Positions 9,727 through 17,358 of a stretch of 58,070 bases of DNA are shown here, one piece after another. A program made the position numbers and the translations under genes. The notes under the pieces are model-generated. The model made no database searches and had not been told where the DNA came from. It was given only the letters and a program-made list of their open reading frames with translations. Each line of letters opens with the position of its first letter. The stretch's first letter is position 1. The stretch spans positions 1 through 58,070 of IMG/VR virus record IMGVR_UViG_3300048583_000114, one strand, 5' to 3'. The DNA comes from a virus (lineage: Duplodnaviria; Caudoviricetes).

Positions 9727-10386
9727 ATGTCCAAGGCAATCAAAGCAATCAACGTGTTCGCTGGCGTGTCGGCAGGCTCGATGGTCAAGGCAGGCGCCGC
9801 GGTCGATGCCGCAGCCGGAACGCTCACGGCGTTGGCAATCAAGGCAGGCGCAGCGATGGCGAAAGCCGCGCCGGTCCTGAACGCCGACACGCCCGATCTG
9901 TCAAAGGCGATCAACGCGCGGGTTCGGTCGTACTTCTCCGTTGAGATCGGCCGGAAAGCGGCCGACGGCGAGGTACCCGGATTGGATAACGCCATCCGGG
10001 CGCTGTCCCGCGCGTTGGTAATCTTCGCATCGGGCGACAAGGTGTCGCCGCATGTCACATTCCGTGAGTTTGTCGCGAAGGCGAAGGACGCCCGGACGGC
10101 ACTCGGCATCGGCCGCAAGGTCGCGGCCGGTAAGACGGCGCCGGATCAGACGTTGACCGGTGAACCCGCATCGCCGACGCTGTCGGAGGCCGCGGATTAC
10201 TTCGCTTCGCTGCGCGAGTCAACACCCGAGGTTCGGACACAAGTCGCAACGTGGCTGCTGCGCCACATGTCGGCCGAGTCGCGTACCGCGCTCCTGCTGT
10301 CGCTTCAGGCGACCCCGGACGGCAAGCCGAAAGGCAAACGCGCGCCGCGCACCGGCAGCAACGCGCCGGAAACCGCGCCGCTGTAG
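9727..10386 (+). CDS. Hypothetical Ala/Lys-rich protein (first plus-strand gene)
   Basis: GGAG RBS, ATG 9727 (MSKAIKAINV), 219 aa, followed by a terminator. Confidence 0.8.
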   Translation: MSKAIKAINVFAGVSAGSMVKAGAAVDAAAGTLTALAIKAGAAMAKAAPVLNADTPDLSKAINARVRSYFSVEIGRKAADGEVPGLDNAIRALSRALVIFASGDKVSPHVTFREFVAKAKDARTALGIGRKVAAGKTAPDQTLTGEPASPTLSEAADYFASLRESTPEVRTQVATWLLRHMSAESRTALLLSLQATPDGKPKGKRAPRTGSNAPETAPL

Positions 10387-10394
10387 TCCGCTTC

Positions 10395-10422
10395 ACCCCG
10401 GGCCGATCGGCCCGGGGTTTTT
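10395..10422 (+). terminator. Rho-independent terminator
   Basis: Perfect palindrome ACCCCGGGCCGATCGGCCCGGGGT followed by a T-run, just after the stop at 10386. Confidence 0.85.
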
Positions 10423-10436
10423 CGCCGGTGCCGGCA

Positions 10437-10543
10437 CTAACTATCATTGGTCTGAACAGTAGTGGCTCTAACTATCATTGGTCTGAACAGTAGTGGCTCT
10501 AACTATCATCTCCCCCTAGAACAGAGGACGCGCTAACTATCAT
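10437..10543. repeat. Iteron-like cluster B: 4 x CTAACTATCAT including two exact 31-bp tandem units
   Basis: Copies at 10437, 10468, 10499, 10533; CTAACTATCATTGGTCTGAACAGTAGTGGCT x2. Confidence 0.92.
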
Positions 10544-10575
10544 CGGCACGCAGCCCGATGACCCGGCGCCGCGCC

Positions 10576-10684
10576 CTTGGTTGCGCAACCAAGCCGCCTC
10601 GCAAGCCTCGGTGGTCGATGACGTTTGGCCCCGCGTTCTCACTTTGTGCGAACCGCCGCTTCTCACAGTGTGGTTGCGCAACCA
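10576..10684. promoter_or_regulatory. Two copies of the genome-wide palindrome TGGTTGCGCAACCA
   Basis: 10578-10591 (extends to the 18-bp CTTGGTTGCGCAACCAAG) and 10671-10684. Confidence 0.75.
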
Positions 10685-10870
10685 GCACAGTCGATGACGT
10701 TGGGCAGGGGTCGACCTAGTCTCCACCCAGCCGCGCGTCGCCCGCTAATGCAACTGAGTTGCGCGGAAAACGGGGCGGGCGTTACCACGCTGCTTGGTGA
10801 CGTTGGGCAGCAAACTGCGTTCCGCCGGTGTTGTGCTTGGTCGGCGGCGCAGTGTCGCCCAGCGGACGTG

Positions 10871-11195
10871 ACATAGTAAATGCGTACCATGGAGCTTCCC
10901 GGCCGCATGGTAATTTATGCCGCAAAAAGCCACTGGTATGGCAGAAAATTACCAGATTTCGTTGTTACTTTACGGGTCCGTCAGCCGGACCGGGAAGAAA
11001 ATTACCAGTACTCTGTTGTATACCATGCAGTGGTATCAGTGGTATCAGCGGTAACTACCGTGGTAGGTACTACACCTGAATCGGTAATTTTCTTCCGGGC
11101 TGGTCAAAAAATAGGCAATTTTGCCCCAAATATTACCATTCTTTGTTGCTGATACCATCGGGATCGGGAAGCTCCATGGTACGCAATTACTATGT
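10871..11195. repeat. Nested inverted repeats in an AT-richer non-coding segment
   Basis: 31-bp arms 10871-10901 / 11165-11195 (1 mismatch); inner perfect 14-bp arms 10993-11006 / 11083-11096. Confidence 0.9.
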
Positions 11196-11449
11196 TACCA
11201 TTTCGGGGCTTCGACAGATCGACTGAATAATCAATGGCTTAGGAAGGTAACTATTACGACTGATACTAATCTTTTAGGGGCTAATATGCTAATTTTCTTC
11301 CCGCTCGACCAAGTAGGGTCCACATCTCTCGACTTTGTCTTGGGCTTACGGCCGCGAAAAGTAACATGGTAACAGCCGCCGCCGCCCGAAAAGTTGTCGA
11401 CCCTTGTTTTCCCGGCTGGCAGAAAATTACCATATTAACACCCCCTGTA

Positions 11450-11477
11450 TTGACATAACTACCCATTGTGGTATAAT
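11450..11477 (+). promoter_or_regulatory. Consensus sigma70 early promoter P1
   Basis: TTGACA-16 nt-TATAAT with extended -10 TG. Confidence 0.85.
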
Positions 11478-11597
11478 ACTAGCTGGGGTAAGAGACACCA
11501 CATTTTCCTCCCCCAAGTTGCTACCACCCCGGCCACCTTGGTTGCACGCAACCAAGCCGCCCCGCTCCCTCTTTTCTTCCCCACACAGGAGTCGATC

Positions 11598-11942
11598 ATG
11601 GGTCGTCCCCGCAAGCCTCAGTCCCCACCACTCGTTCTCACAATGTCGAAACAGCAGCGACGCAGCGTCGCCGCCGTGCAGACCATCGTCAACCAGCCCG
11701 TCGACCCCGTATCCAGTCGCATCCGCCACCTGCACATCGACCATCCCCCCGGCGCGTCCAACCTCTGCTTCATGTGCGCCGCCGACAGCGCCAAGAGTTT
11801 CATGCACATGCTGGCTGGCCCCGCCGAGCAGTTCGCCAGCGGTCGACACCCGCGCGTGACCGTTCGCACCGTTGGTTGCGCAACCAATGGCCGCTCGCTG
11901 TGCTCCAGCTGCGGCCGCCCGCTCGACGCCAGACTGACGTGA
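11598..11942 (+). CDS. Hypothetical protein with AT-hook-like GRPRK N-terminus and CxxC...CxxC
   Basis: AGGAG RBS, ATG 11598; MGRPRKP, CFMC, CSSC. Confidence 0.7.
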   Translation: MGRPRKPQSPPLVLTMSKQQRRSVAAVQTIVNQPVDPVSSRIRHLHIDHPPGASNLCFMCAADSAKSFMHMLAGPAEQFASGRHPRVTVRTVGCATNGRSLCSSCGRPLDARLT

Positions 11943-11963
11943 ACCTGCGCAAGGAGATCGACA

Positions 11964-12266
11964 ATGCCAGTCCCCAGTAGCTACAGGCTGCAACCAGCCG
12001 ACCGGGTGATGCTCGAACGCCTGTTCCTCATGTGCCAGATGGCAGGCCATTACGTGTTTCACCCCCTCGACCGCGAACCGTTCGTGCGCTGCTTCATCCT
12101 CGACTTCGCCCCGAACAGCATCTTCAGCAGTGAACACGTCGACGTGTCCATCTTCAACGGCCATCTGATCGTCGAGCGGGGCGAGGCAATGACCGCCGGA
12201 GATACCGTCGTCCGCGCGCAGAACCTGCTCGCCCCGATGATGTGCGCCCTGCACACCAGCCCCTGA
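11964..12266 (+). CDS. MAG-motif family protein 1
   Basis: LERLFLMCQMAGHY; AAGGAG RBS. Confidence 0.8.
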   Translation: MPVPSSYRLQPADRVMLERLFLMCQMAGHYVFHPLDREPFVRCFILDFAPNSIFSSEHVDVSIFNGHLIVERGEAMTAGDTVVRAQNLLAPMMCALHTSP

Positions 12267-12314
12267 CCCAGTAACACCCTTCACCCACGCTGCACCACCA
12301 CAGGAGACTTGACC

Positions 12315-12458
12315 ATGCGCTTCGCCATCACCCTGTTCCTGCTCGCCCTGCTCTCCGCCGGCGGCACCCACATCGCCCTCCAGTTCGCCGACCACCTGAT
12401 CGGCTACACGCTGGCCCAGCACACCATTGATCGCGCAACCAGTGGGATGCGGCCATGA
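12315..12458 (+). CDS. Small membrane or secreted peptide (47 aa)
   Basis: AGGAG RBS; MRFAITLFLLALLSAGG...; ATGA overlap with the next gene; not in the ORF track. Confidence 0.6.
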   Translation: MRFAITLFLLALLSAGGTHIALQFADHLIGYTLAQHTIDRATSGMRP

Positions 12459-12766
12459 CCATCCCCGAACAGATGCGCCACGTGGCAAACATGCTGCGCA
12501 TGGCCGGGCTGGAGGTCGCCTGCGCGGAGCTATCCTTCGAGTCGCTGAACGACATACCTGACGAGAGGCCGGCCGAGAAGGCGCGGCTGTGGGTCTACCC
12601 CAAGGGCGACAGCTTCATCGGCTCCGCGACGGTGTGGTTCTATGCCAATCGACCCGTGCGGGTATCGGACGGAGCCAGCCAGCGCAGCGCGCGCACGCTT
12701 GTCGACGTTGTCGTCGGCATCTTCAACGCATCGACCTATGGAGCACACGGCCATGCCCACCCCTGA
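12455..12766 (+). CDS. MAG-motif family protein 2
   Basis: MRHVANMLRMAGLEV. Confidence 0.8.
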   Translation: MTIPEQMRHVANMLRMAGLEVACAELSFESLNDIPDERPAEKARLWVYPKGDSFIGSATVWFYANRPVRVSDGASQRSARTLVDVVVGIFNASTYGAHGHAHP

Positions 12767-13361
12767 CCACAACACCCCCGCCCACCACATGCGCATCCGC
12801 GCCCTCAAGGAGATCATCCGTCGACCGTACGACGGTCTCTATCATCGGCGCTTGCTGATGGCCGACGGCGCACTGATGTGCCCGGAGTGCGCATACGACA
12901 ACTACAAGCCGATCCTGCAGGCTTGCGCGCAGAGCGCCTACGGCACCCGCAACGACTGGCTGTGCGAGGAACACATCGTCACCGACACGTCTCACTGGCA
13001 CGGCCGCGACGACACCGGTGAGAATTTTCCCTGCTGCGTGCAATGCCAAGAACTGCTGCCGGCCAACTACACCGCGGCGCAGCGGCAGCGGGACTGGTCG
13101 CTGAACGCACGGCTGTACGACATGCTGGTCATGGCCGGCAAGGACGAACGACTGGGCAGCAACGCTCGCAAGTACCGGTCGATCGTCTACTTCGACATGG
13201 ACCCGCGCAGTAGCGACTCGACGGACTTGGTCACGGTCGCCATGGTCAAGGGCACGCTGCGCTACCTGCATGTCCACTGGTCGGTCGCCCCCGCCGTGCA
13301 TGCCCTGATCGAACCCATGGTCGCAGCACTGGTTGCGCAACCAGAGGAGACACAGCCATGA
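12753..13361 (+). CDS. Zn-finger-like N-domain fused to MAG-motif domain (member 3)
   Basis: CPEC...CVQC followed by ARLYDMLVMAGKD; GGAG RBS before ATG 12753. Confidence 0.75.
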   Translation: MPTPDHNTPAHHMRIRALKEIIRRPYDGLYHRRLLMADGALMCPECAYDNYKPILQACAQSAYGTRNDWLCEEHIVTDTSHWHGRDDTGENFPCCVQCQELLPANYTAAQRQRDWSLNARLYDMLVMAGKDERLGSNARKYRSIVYFDMDPRSSDSTDLVTVAMVKGTLRYLHVHWSVAPAVHALIEPMVAALVAQPEETQP

Positions 13362-13471
13362 CCTTCGACGAGATGGATCGCTGCATTAAGCGCCTGCAGA
13401 CCGTGCAGCGCATGGTCGCCCAGCTGCGGGCCGAGGATGCTGCCAACGACAACGAGGAGACCCAGTCATGA
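13358..13471 (+). CDS. Small coiled-coil peptide (37 aa)
   Basis: GAGGAG RBS; MTFDEMDRCIKRLQTVQRMV...; ATGA overlaps at both ends. Confidence 0.55.
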   Translation: MTFDEMDRCIKRLQTVQRMVAQLRAEDAANDNEETQS

Positions 13472-14100
13472 CCAACATCGACATCTGCGAACGCATCAAG
13501 GACATCTGCACCATGGCCGGCGTCCCGGTCGAGTACGCCAAGCCGGACTGGCACTACACGCAGGTGCCACGCTTGGGAGAGGACTGCCGTGCGTTCTTCC
13601 AGATCGACAACAAGGGACGGCTGTACGTGGCCGTGGATCACGAAGACCCCGCGGTGCGCTCACTGGTGGAGAATGCCTACCAGCTGGTGACCTCCAGCGT
13701 GACGAGCTTTACTATCATCGAGCCGGAGCCGCCGCATGTGCCATCCGCAGATGCGCGCAGCCGGACTGACGGGGGCCTGTCCCTACTGCTGTCCGACCAG
13801 TGGGGCAGCGAGATGCCCCGCGGGTTCGTCACCCAGATCGACCTGCGCACCTTCTGGGGCATTCGCCCGACGGACGTGGCCATCTGCTCGCAGCCGGACC
13901 ACCCGCACGTGTGGGACGCATGGCAAGACATCGTCGACCGCGCCATCCACCGGGTGAACATCGACGGGCAGACGTACGACTTCTACCTGTACGAGAACGG
14001 CAACCTTTGGCTGGCGTGCAACAAGCTGCTCACGGCAGAAGAACGTCGCTCGCTCTACGATGATTGCGCAACCAGCGAGTACGACGAGGAGGACGCATGA
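13468..14100 (+). CDS. MAG-motif domain fused to a C-terminal acidic domain (member 4)
   Basis: ICERIKDICTMAGVP; 210 aa. Confidence 0.8.
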   Translation: MTNIDICERIKDICTMAGVPVEYAKPDWHYTQVPRLGEDCRAFFQIDNKGRLYVAVDHEDPAVRSLVENAYQLVTSSVTSFTIIEPEPPHVPSADARSRTDGGLSLLLSDQWGSEMPRGFVTQIDLRTFWGIRPTDVAICSQPDHPHVWDAWQDIVDRAIHRVNIDGQTYDFYLYENGNLWLACNKLLTAEERRSLYDDCATSEYDEEDA

Positions 14101-14483
14101 ACCCGTTGGATGAAATAGACAAGCAGGCCGATGTGATCCGGCGCGCTGCCGACATGATGTGCATGGCCGGGTTGTTCCCGTCTGTGGGAGGCACGGACTA
14201 CCCGAACAAGCTGTCGAGTGAGGTGCTGGCGAGGCGCGGCAACCTGTGGGTCAGGGAACGGCGCGAGGACTTAATCACGGAGTCGTACACCGTGATGTTC
14301 GACTTCCACTCGCGGTCGATCTCCGTGCGCAAGGACGGCGCCAGCGGGCAGTACACGGAACAGCTGCGGGCGGGCCATGTGCGGTTCGCCGTGCACGACA
14401 CTGCCATCTACTCAAAGGGTAACGACGAAGCGCTGCGGCACATGGTCCACGAGGCGCACCGGCTGATTAGGGAGGAATCATGA
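14097..14483 (+). CDS. MAG-motif family protein 5
   Basis: IRRAADMMCMAGLF; GGAGG RBS, ATGA overlap. Confidence 0.8.
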   Translation: MNPLDEIDKQADVIRRAADMMCMAGLFPSVGGTDYPNKLSSEVLARRGNLWVRERREDLITESYTVMFDFHSRSISVRKDGASGQYTEQLRAGHVRFAVHDTAIYSKGNDEALRHMVHEAHRLIREES

Positions 14484-14764
14484 CGACACCGATGAAGATC
14501 GTGCGCCTGCGACGCGATGCGGCCGCGTTGCTGGAGCAAGCAGGGACAATGCTGAATTTGGCTGGCATGCAAACTTCCTTCTATCCCTCGGTACCTGCGT
14601 TGTGGGTCCGCGCTGGAGATGACGATGGCGCCCTTGGCGGGCTACGAGTCGGGATTATCCATAGCAGAGGGGAGATCAGGTTCACTTTCTCAACCGACTG
14701 TGACGAGAAAGTTGCTGCGGTGGCTCGCTTGGTTGTAAAGCAACTGCGCAAGGAGGAATCATGA
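14480..14764 (+). CDS. MAG-motif family protein 6
   Basis: LEQAGTMLNLAGMQ. Confidence 0.8.
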   Translation: MTTPMKIVRLRRDAAALLEQAGTMLNLAGMQTSFYPSVPALWVRAGDDDGALGGLRVGIIHSRGEIRFTFSTDCDEKVAAVARLVVKQLRKEES

Positions 14765-15018
14765 CCCTTCACAAAGCCCAGCAGCGGGAGCTGCTGACCC
14801 GGCTGTACGCCATGTGCACCATGGCTGGGTATGGTTGCCGACTGGTGCCGGCGCTGCCTTCGTTGTGGGTGGCAGGCCGCGTGCGGGTAGACGTGCAACG
14901 CTCCGGCAAGCTACTCACATACCCGGTCGGATTGTTCGACGACGAGCCGGAGGAAGCCATCAAGATCATCGCGCTCGTCAAGGCGTCGTACGAACAACTG
15001 CGCAAGGAGTTCCCATGA
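14761..15018 (+). CDS. MAG-motif family protein 7
   Basis: LTRLYAMCTMAGYGC. Confidence 0.8.
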   Translation: MTLHKAQQRELLTRLYAMCTMAGYGCRLVPALPSLWVAGRVRVDVQRSGKLLTYPVGLFDDEPEEAIKIIALVKASYEQLRKEFP

Positions 15019-15305
15019 GGAAGCCTCCGCTCAAGGCCGCGCAACGACGCGCCATCCTGCACCGGCTGGTCTCCATGTACACCATGGCGGGGTACGACTG
15101 CGACACCGCCGACTCGTGCTACCTCGCGTGGGTTCGCCAGCGAGGCAGTACCTCACTCGACAGCTTGTTCGAGGGCGTGCGGCTGGAGGTCACCCGCGTC
15201 GGCAACGTGCAGAGTGAGGTGCACTTCGCGCGGGAGTTCCATGTGAAGGTGCTGGAGATGCTACGCGTGGCCGCGCCGATGATCTACAAGGAGGTGGTGG
15301 CATGA
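15015..15305 (+). CDS. MAG-motif family protein 8
   Basis: LHRLVSMYTMAGYDC. Confidence 0.8.
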   Translation: MRKPPLKAAQRRAILHRLVSMYTMAGYDCDTADSCYLAWVRQRGSTSLDSLFEGVRLEVTRVGNVQSEVHFAREFHVKVLEMLRVAAPMIYKEVVA

Positions 15306-15562
15306 GTGCCAAGCTACTGACGGACCGACTGGCGATGGTTGCGCAATCAGCGGGGTTCGAGCTGGAGTATCTGCCGCTGGTCGAGTCCCAGATCGAGTGC
15401 CCGCAGCTGATCATCAACAATCCGCGCAACGAGTATGAGTGGGTCTCCGTCTACATCGAAGATGGCGCGGGCAACCTGCGCGTGTTTTCATCTGTCGAGG
15501 GTATTTCGCTGCGGCATTGGACCCAGACGACTATCACCGCGCTGATGAAGGAGGAGACATGA
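15302..15562 (+). CDS. MAG-motif family protein 9
   Basis: TDRLAMVAQSAGFE. Confidence 0.78.
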   Translation: MSAKLLTDRLAMVAQSAGFELEYLPLVESQIECPQLIINNPRNEYEWVSVYIEDGAGNLRVFSSVEGISLRHWTQTTITALMKEET

Positions 15563-15837
15563 TCGCATCGTGGCAGGAACTGACCGACCGCGTGAAGCTC
15601 GCACTGGAGATGGCCGGATACGTGGTCGAGCACGCCCCGTATTCCGACTCGAAGCTGTACGTGTGCCCGCCTAGCTGGGATCGCACTGGGCGGTGGATAC
15701 CCGTGTGGGTAGGGGCATTCCCGGAGGTTTCCTCGTGTGGCGACAACGACCCTGACGCGGCCGTGCTGCGGCAGCTGGTCACCGACATCTACCGGCACCT
15801 GTTGGAGGAGACATGTGTTCACGAATACAGGCTTTAG
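15559..15837 (+). CDS. MAG-motif family protein 10
   Basis: TDRVKLALEMAGYV. Confidence 0.8.
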   Translation: MIASWQELTDRVKLALEMAGYVVEHAPYSDSKLYVCPPSWDRTGRWIPVWVGAFPEVSSCGDNDPDAAVLRQLVTDIYRHLLEETCVHEYRL

Positions 15838-16073
15838 CCGAGCGGCTGCAGGACATGGCCAAGCTGGCGGGGCATGCCACCACGCTCCTTCCCGAGTCGG
15901 CATCGTCTTGGCCTGTGCTGATCGTTCGTGATGTGGTCGTTCGCAGGCAGCTGGCGAGGGCCATCGTGAACGACGACATGAACGAGCTGTCGCTGGACAC
16001 CAGCGGCGATGAAGCGATCTGCATATGGCTGCGCATGGTGTTCGACCAGCTCGTCGCACAGGAGGGGAGATGA
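15813..16073 (+). CDS. MAG-motif family protein 11
   Basis: AERLQDMAKLAGHA. Confidence 0.78.
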   Translation: MCSRIQALAERLQDMAKLAGHATTLLPESASSWPVLIVRDVVVRRQLARAIVNDDMNELSLDTSGDEAICIWLRMVFDQLVAQEGR

Positions 16074-16333
16074 AACCCACAGAGCGAACCGAGCGCGTGG
16101 CAGACATGCTGCGCATGGCAGGCTACGGCGTGCGCGTGTCGCCCGGACTCAGTAGCAACCGACTGGTGGTGCGCATTCCGGTGATGGAGTCGAGTCTGGA
16201 GGTGGCCGTGTGGATCGACAGCCCGGAGCCCTACATCAGCTTCTTGGCTGATGTCCTGCCCGACAACCACGGCCCCCGGCTGCGCTCGTTGGTCGAGGAA
16301 TGCTGTCGACAACTGGCGGAGGAGAGATCATGA
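16070..16333 (+). CDS. MAG-motif family protein 12
   Basis: TERVADMLRMAGYGV. Confidence 0.8.
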   Translation: MKPTERTERVADMLRMAGYGVRVSPGLSSNRLVVRIPVMESSLEVAVWIDSPEPYISFLADVLPDNHGPRLRSLVEECCRQLAEERS

Positions 16334-16622
16334 CCCAGAACGAGTTTGCCGAGCGGCTGGCCTTGGTGCTGGTCATGGCGGGGTATGCGATCGACCGGGT
16401 AGGTGCGACGCTCTACTGGAGGTACTGGAGGACTAGCGAGCGGGCCATAGGGAGCCTGCGATCATGGACAGTCAAGATCAGCATCACACCAGCTGGGGAG
16501 GCCGTCATGGACCGCGCAAACGCTGCCGATCCGCTGCCGATCCGCTGCCGATCGAGTTCGTCACCTTGGTATTGAACACAGCGGCTGCGCTTAGGGAGGA
16601 AGCATGGGCGACAAAGAACTGA
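16330..16622 (+). pseudogene. MAG-motif family protein 13, frameshifted by an 11-bp triplication (current stop at 16575)
   Basis: AERLALVLVMAGYA; CGCTGCCGATC x3 at 16521-16553; with two units the frame would run to TGA 16620-16622. Confidence 0.65.
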
Positions 16623-16635
16623 CGAAGGAGGGACA

Positions 16636-16905
16636 ATGAACAAGGCGCAGAGTGCGGCGCACGTGGCCCGCATAGACCGCATGGCGACCGTGCTGCAGAT
16701 GGCGGGGTACCGCGTGCAGCGGGTGAAGTGGAAGCTGTTTGTGAACCTGCCAACGACTGAGCTGGCCTTCGTGCCGTTCACGGTGTACCCAGATCAGGTA
16801 GTGGGCAGCTTCGGCCACTTATCCCGCGCTGTGCGCGACGAGGGAGCGGCTGTGATGAAGCTACTAGCGGAAGCTTTCGAGCTGACGAAGGAGAAGGCGC
16901 AATGA
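16636..16905 (+). CDS. MAG-motif family protein 14
   Basis: IDRMATVLQMAGYRV. Confidence 0.8.
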   Translation: MNKAQSAAHVARIDRMATVLQMAGYRVQRVKWKLFVNLPTTELAFVPFTVYPDQVVGSFGHLSRAVRDEGAAVMKLLAEAFELTKEKAQ

Positions 16906-17234
16906 GCACCGAGGTACTGCATCTAAAGCACTCGCTATCATCCGACGACGCGCGGGCGCTGCTGGAGCGCGCCGAGATGCAGTGCAGGATGGCCGGCATG
17001 CACACCCGGCTCACGTTGCGGATCACCGAGGGCTTGCACGGGATGCTGCTGGCCAGCCTGACCAACGAGGAGGTGAACGACCGGACCCAGTCCGTGGTCG
17101 ACTGCGCGCTGCTGCTGATCGCCGGCGACGAGCTGGCTACTGCCCACAACTCGTCCGAGGAGGCGTCCGCCGAGGTACTCAACACCATCGTGCAGTCCCT
17201 GCTCACAACCTATACAACACAGGAGGTGTATTGA
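16902..17234 (+). CDS. MAG-motif family protein 15
   Basis: LERAEMQCRMAGMH. Confidence 0.78.
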   Translation: MSTEVLHLKHSLSSDDARALLERAEMQCRMAGMHTRLTLRITEGLHGMLLASLTNEEVNDRTQSVVDCALLLIAGDELATAHNSSEEASAEVLNTIVQSLLTTYTTQEVY

Positions 17235-17258
17235 CATAACAACCTAGCAGAGTATAAT
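17231..17258 (+). promoter_or_regulatory. Consensus sigma70 promoter P2
   Basis: TTGACA-16 nt-TATAAT; shares TGTATTGACATAAC and GTATAATAC with P1. Confidence 0.85.
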
Positions 17259-17358
17259 ACATACTTCGCCGGGGAGTTTGCTGACTATTCGGCGAAGCGC
17301 AACACACTGGTTGCGCAACCAACACACTTCATATACTTCACATCAAGGAGATGCAAGC

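Noticed and set aside
10437-10498. Resemblance to the I-CeuI / 23S rRNA site (TAACTATAACGGTCCTAAGGTAG)
   Set aside because: Only a short TAACTAT core matches and there is no rRNA context.
9537-10543. CRISPR mini-array
   Set aside because: The repeat is only 11 bp, the 20-26-nt spacers resemble each other (two are identical), and there is no cas operon; the Cas4-like gene is a routine phage exonuclease.
11964-17234. Integron-like cassette array or a DNA-level repeat behind the MAG motif
   Set aside because: Genes overlap (ATGA) leaving no room for attC sites, there is no integrase, and wobble positions in the motif vary.
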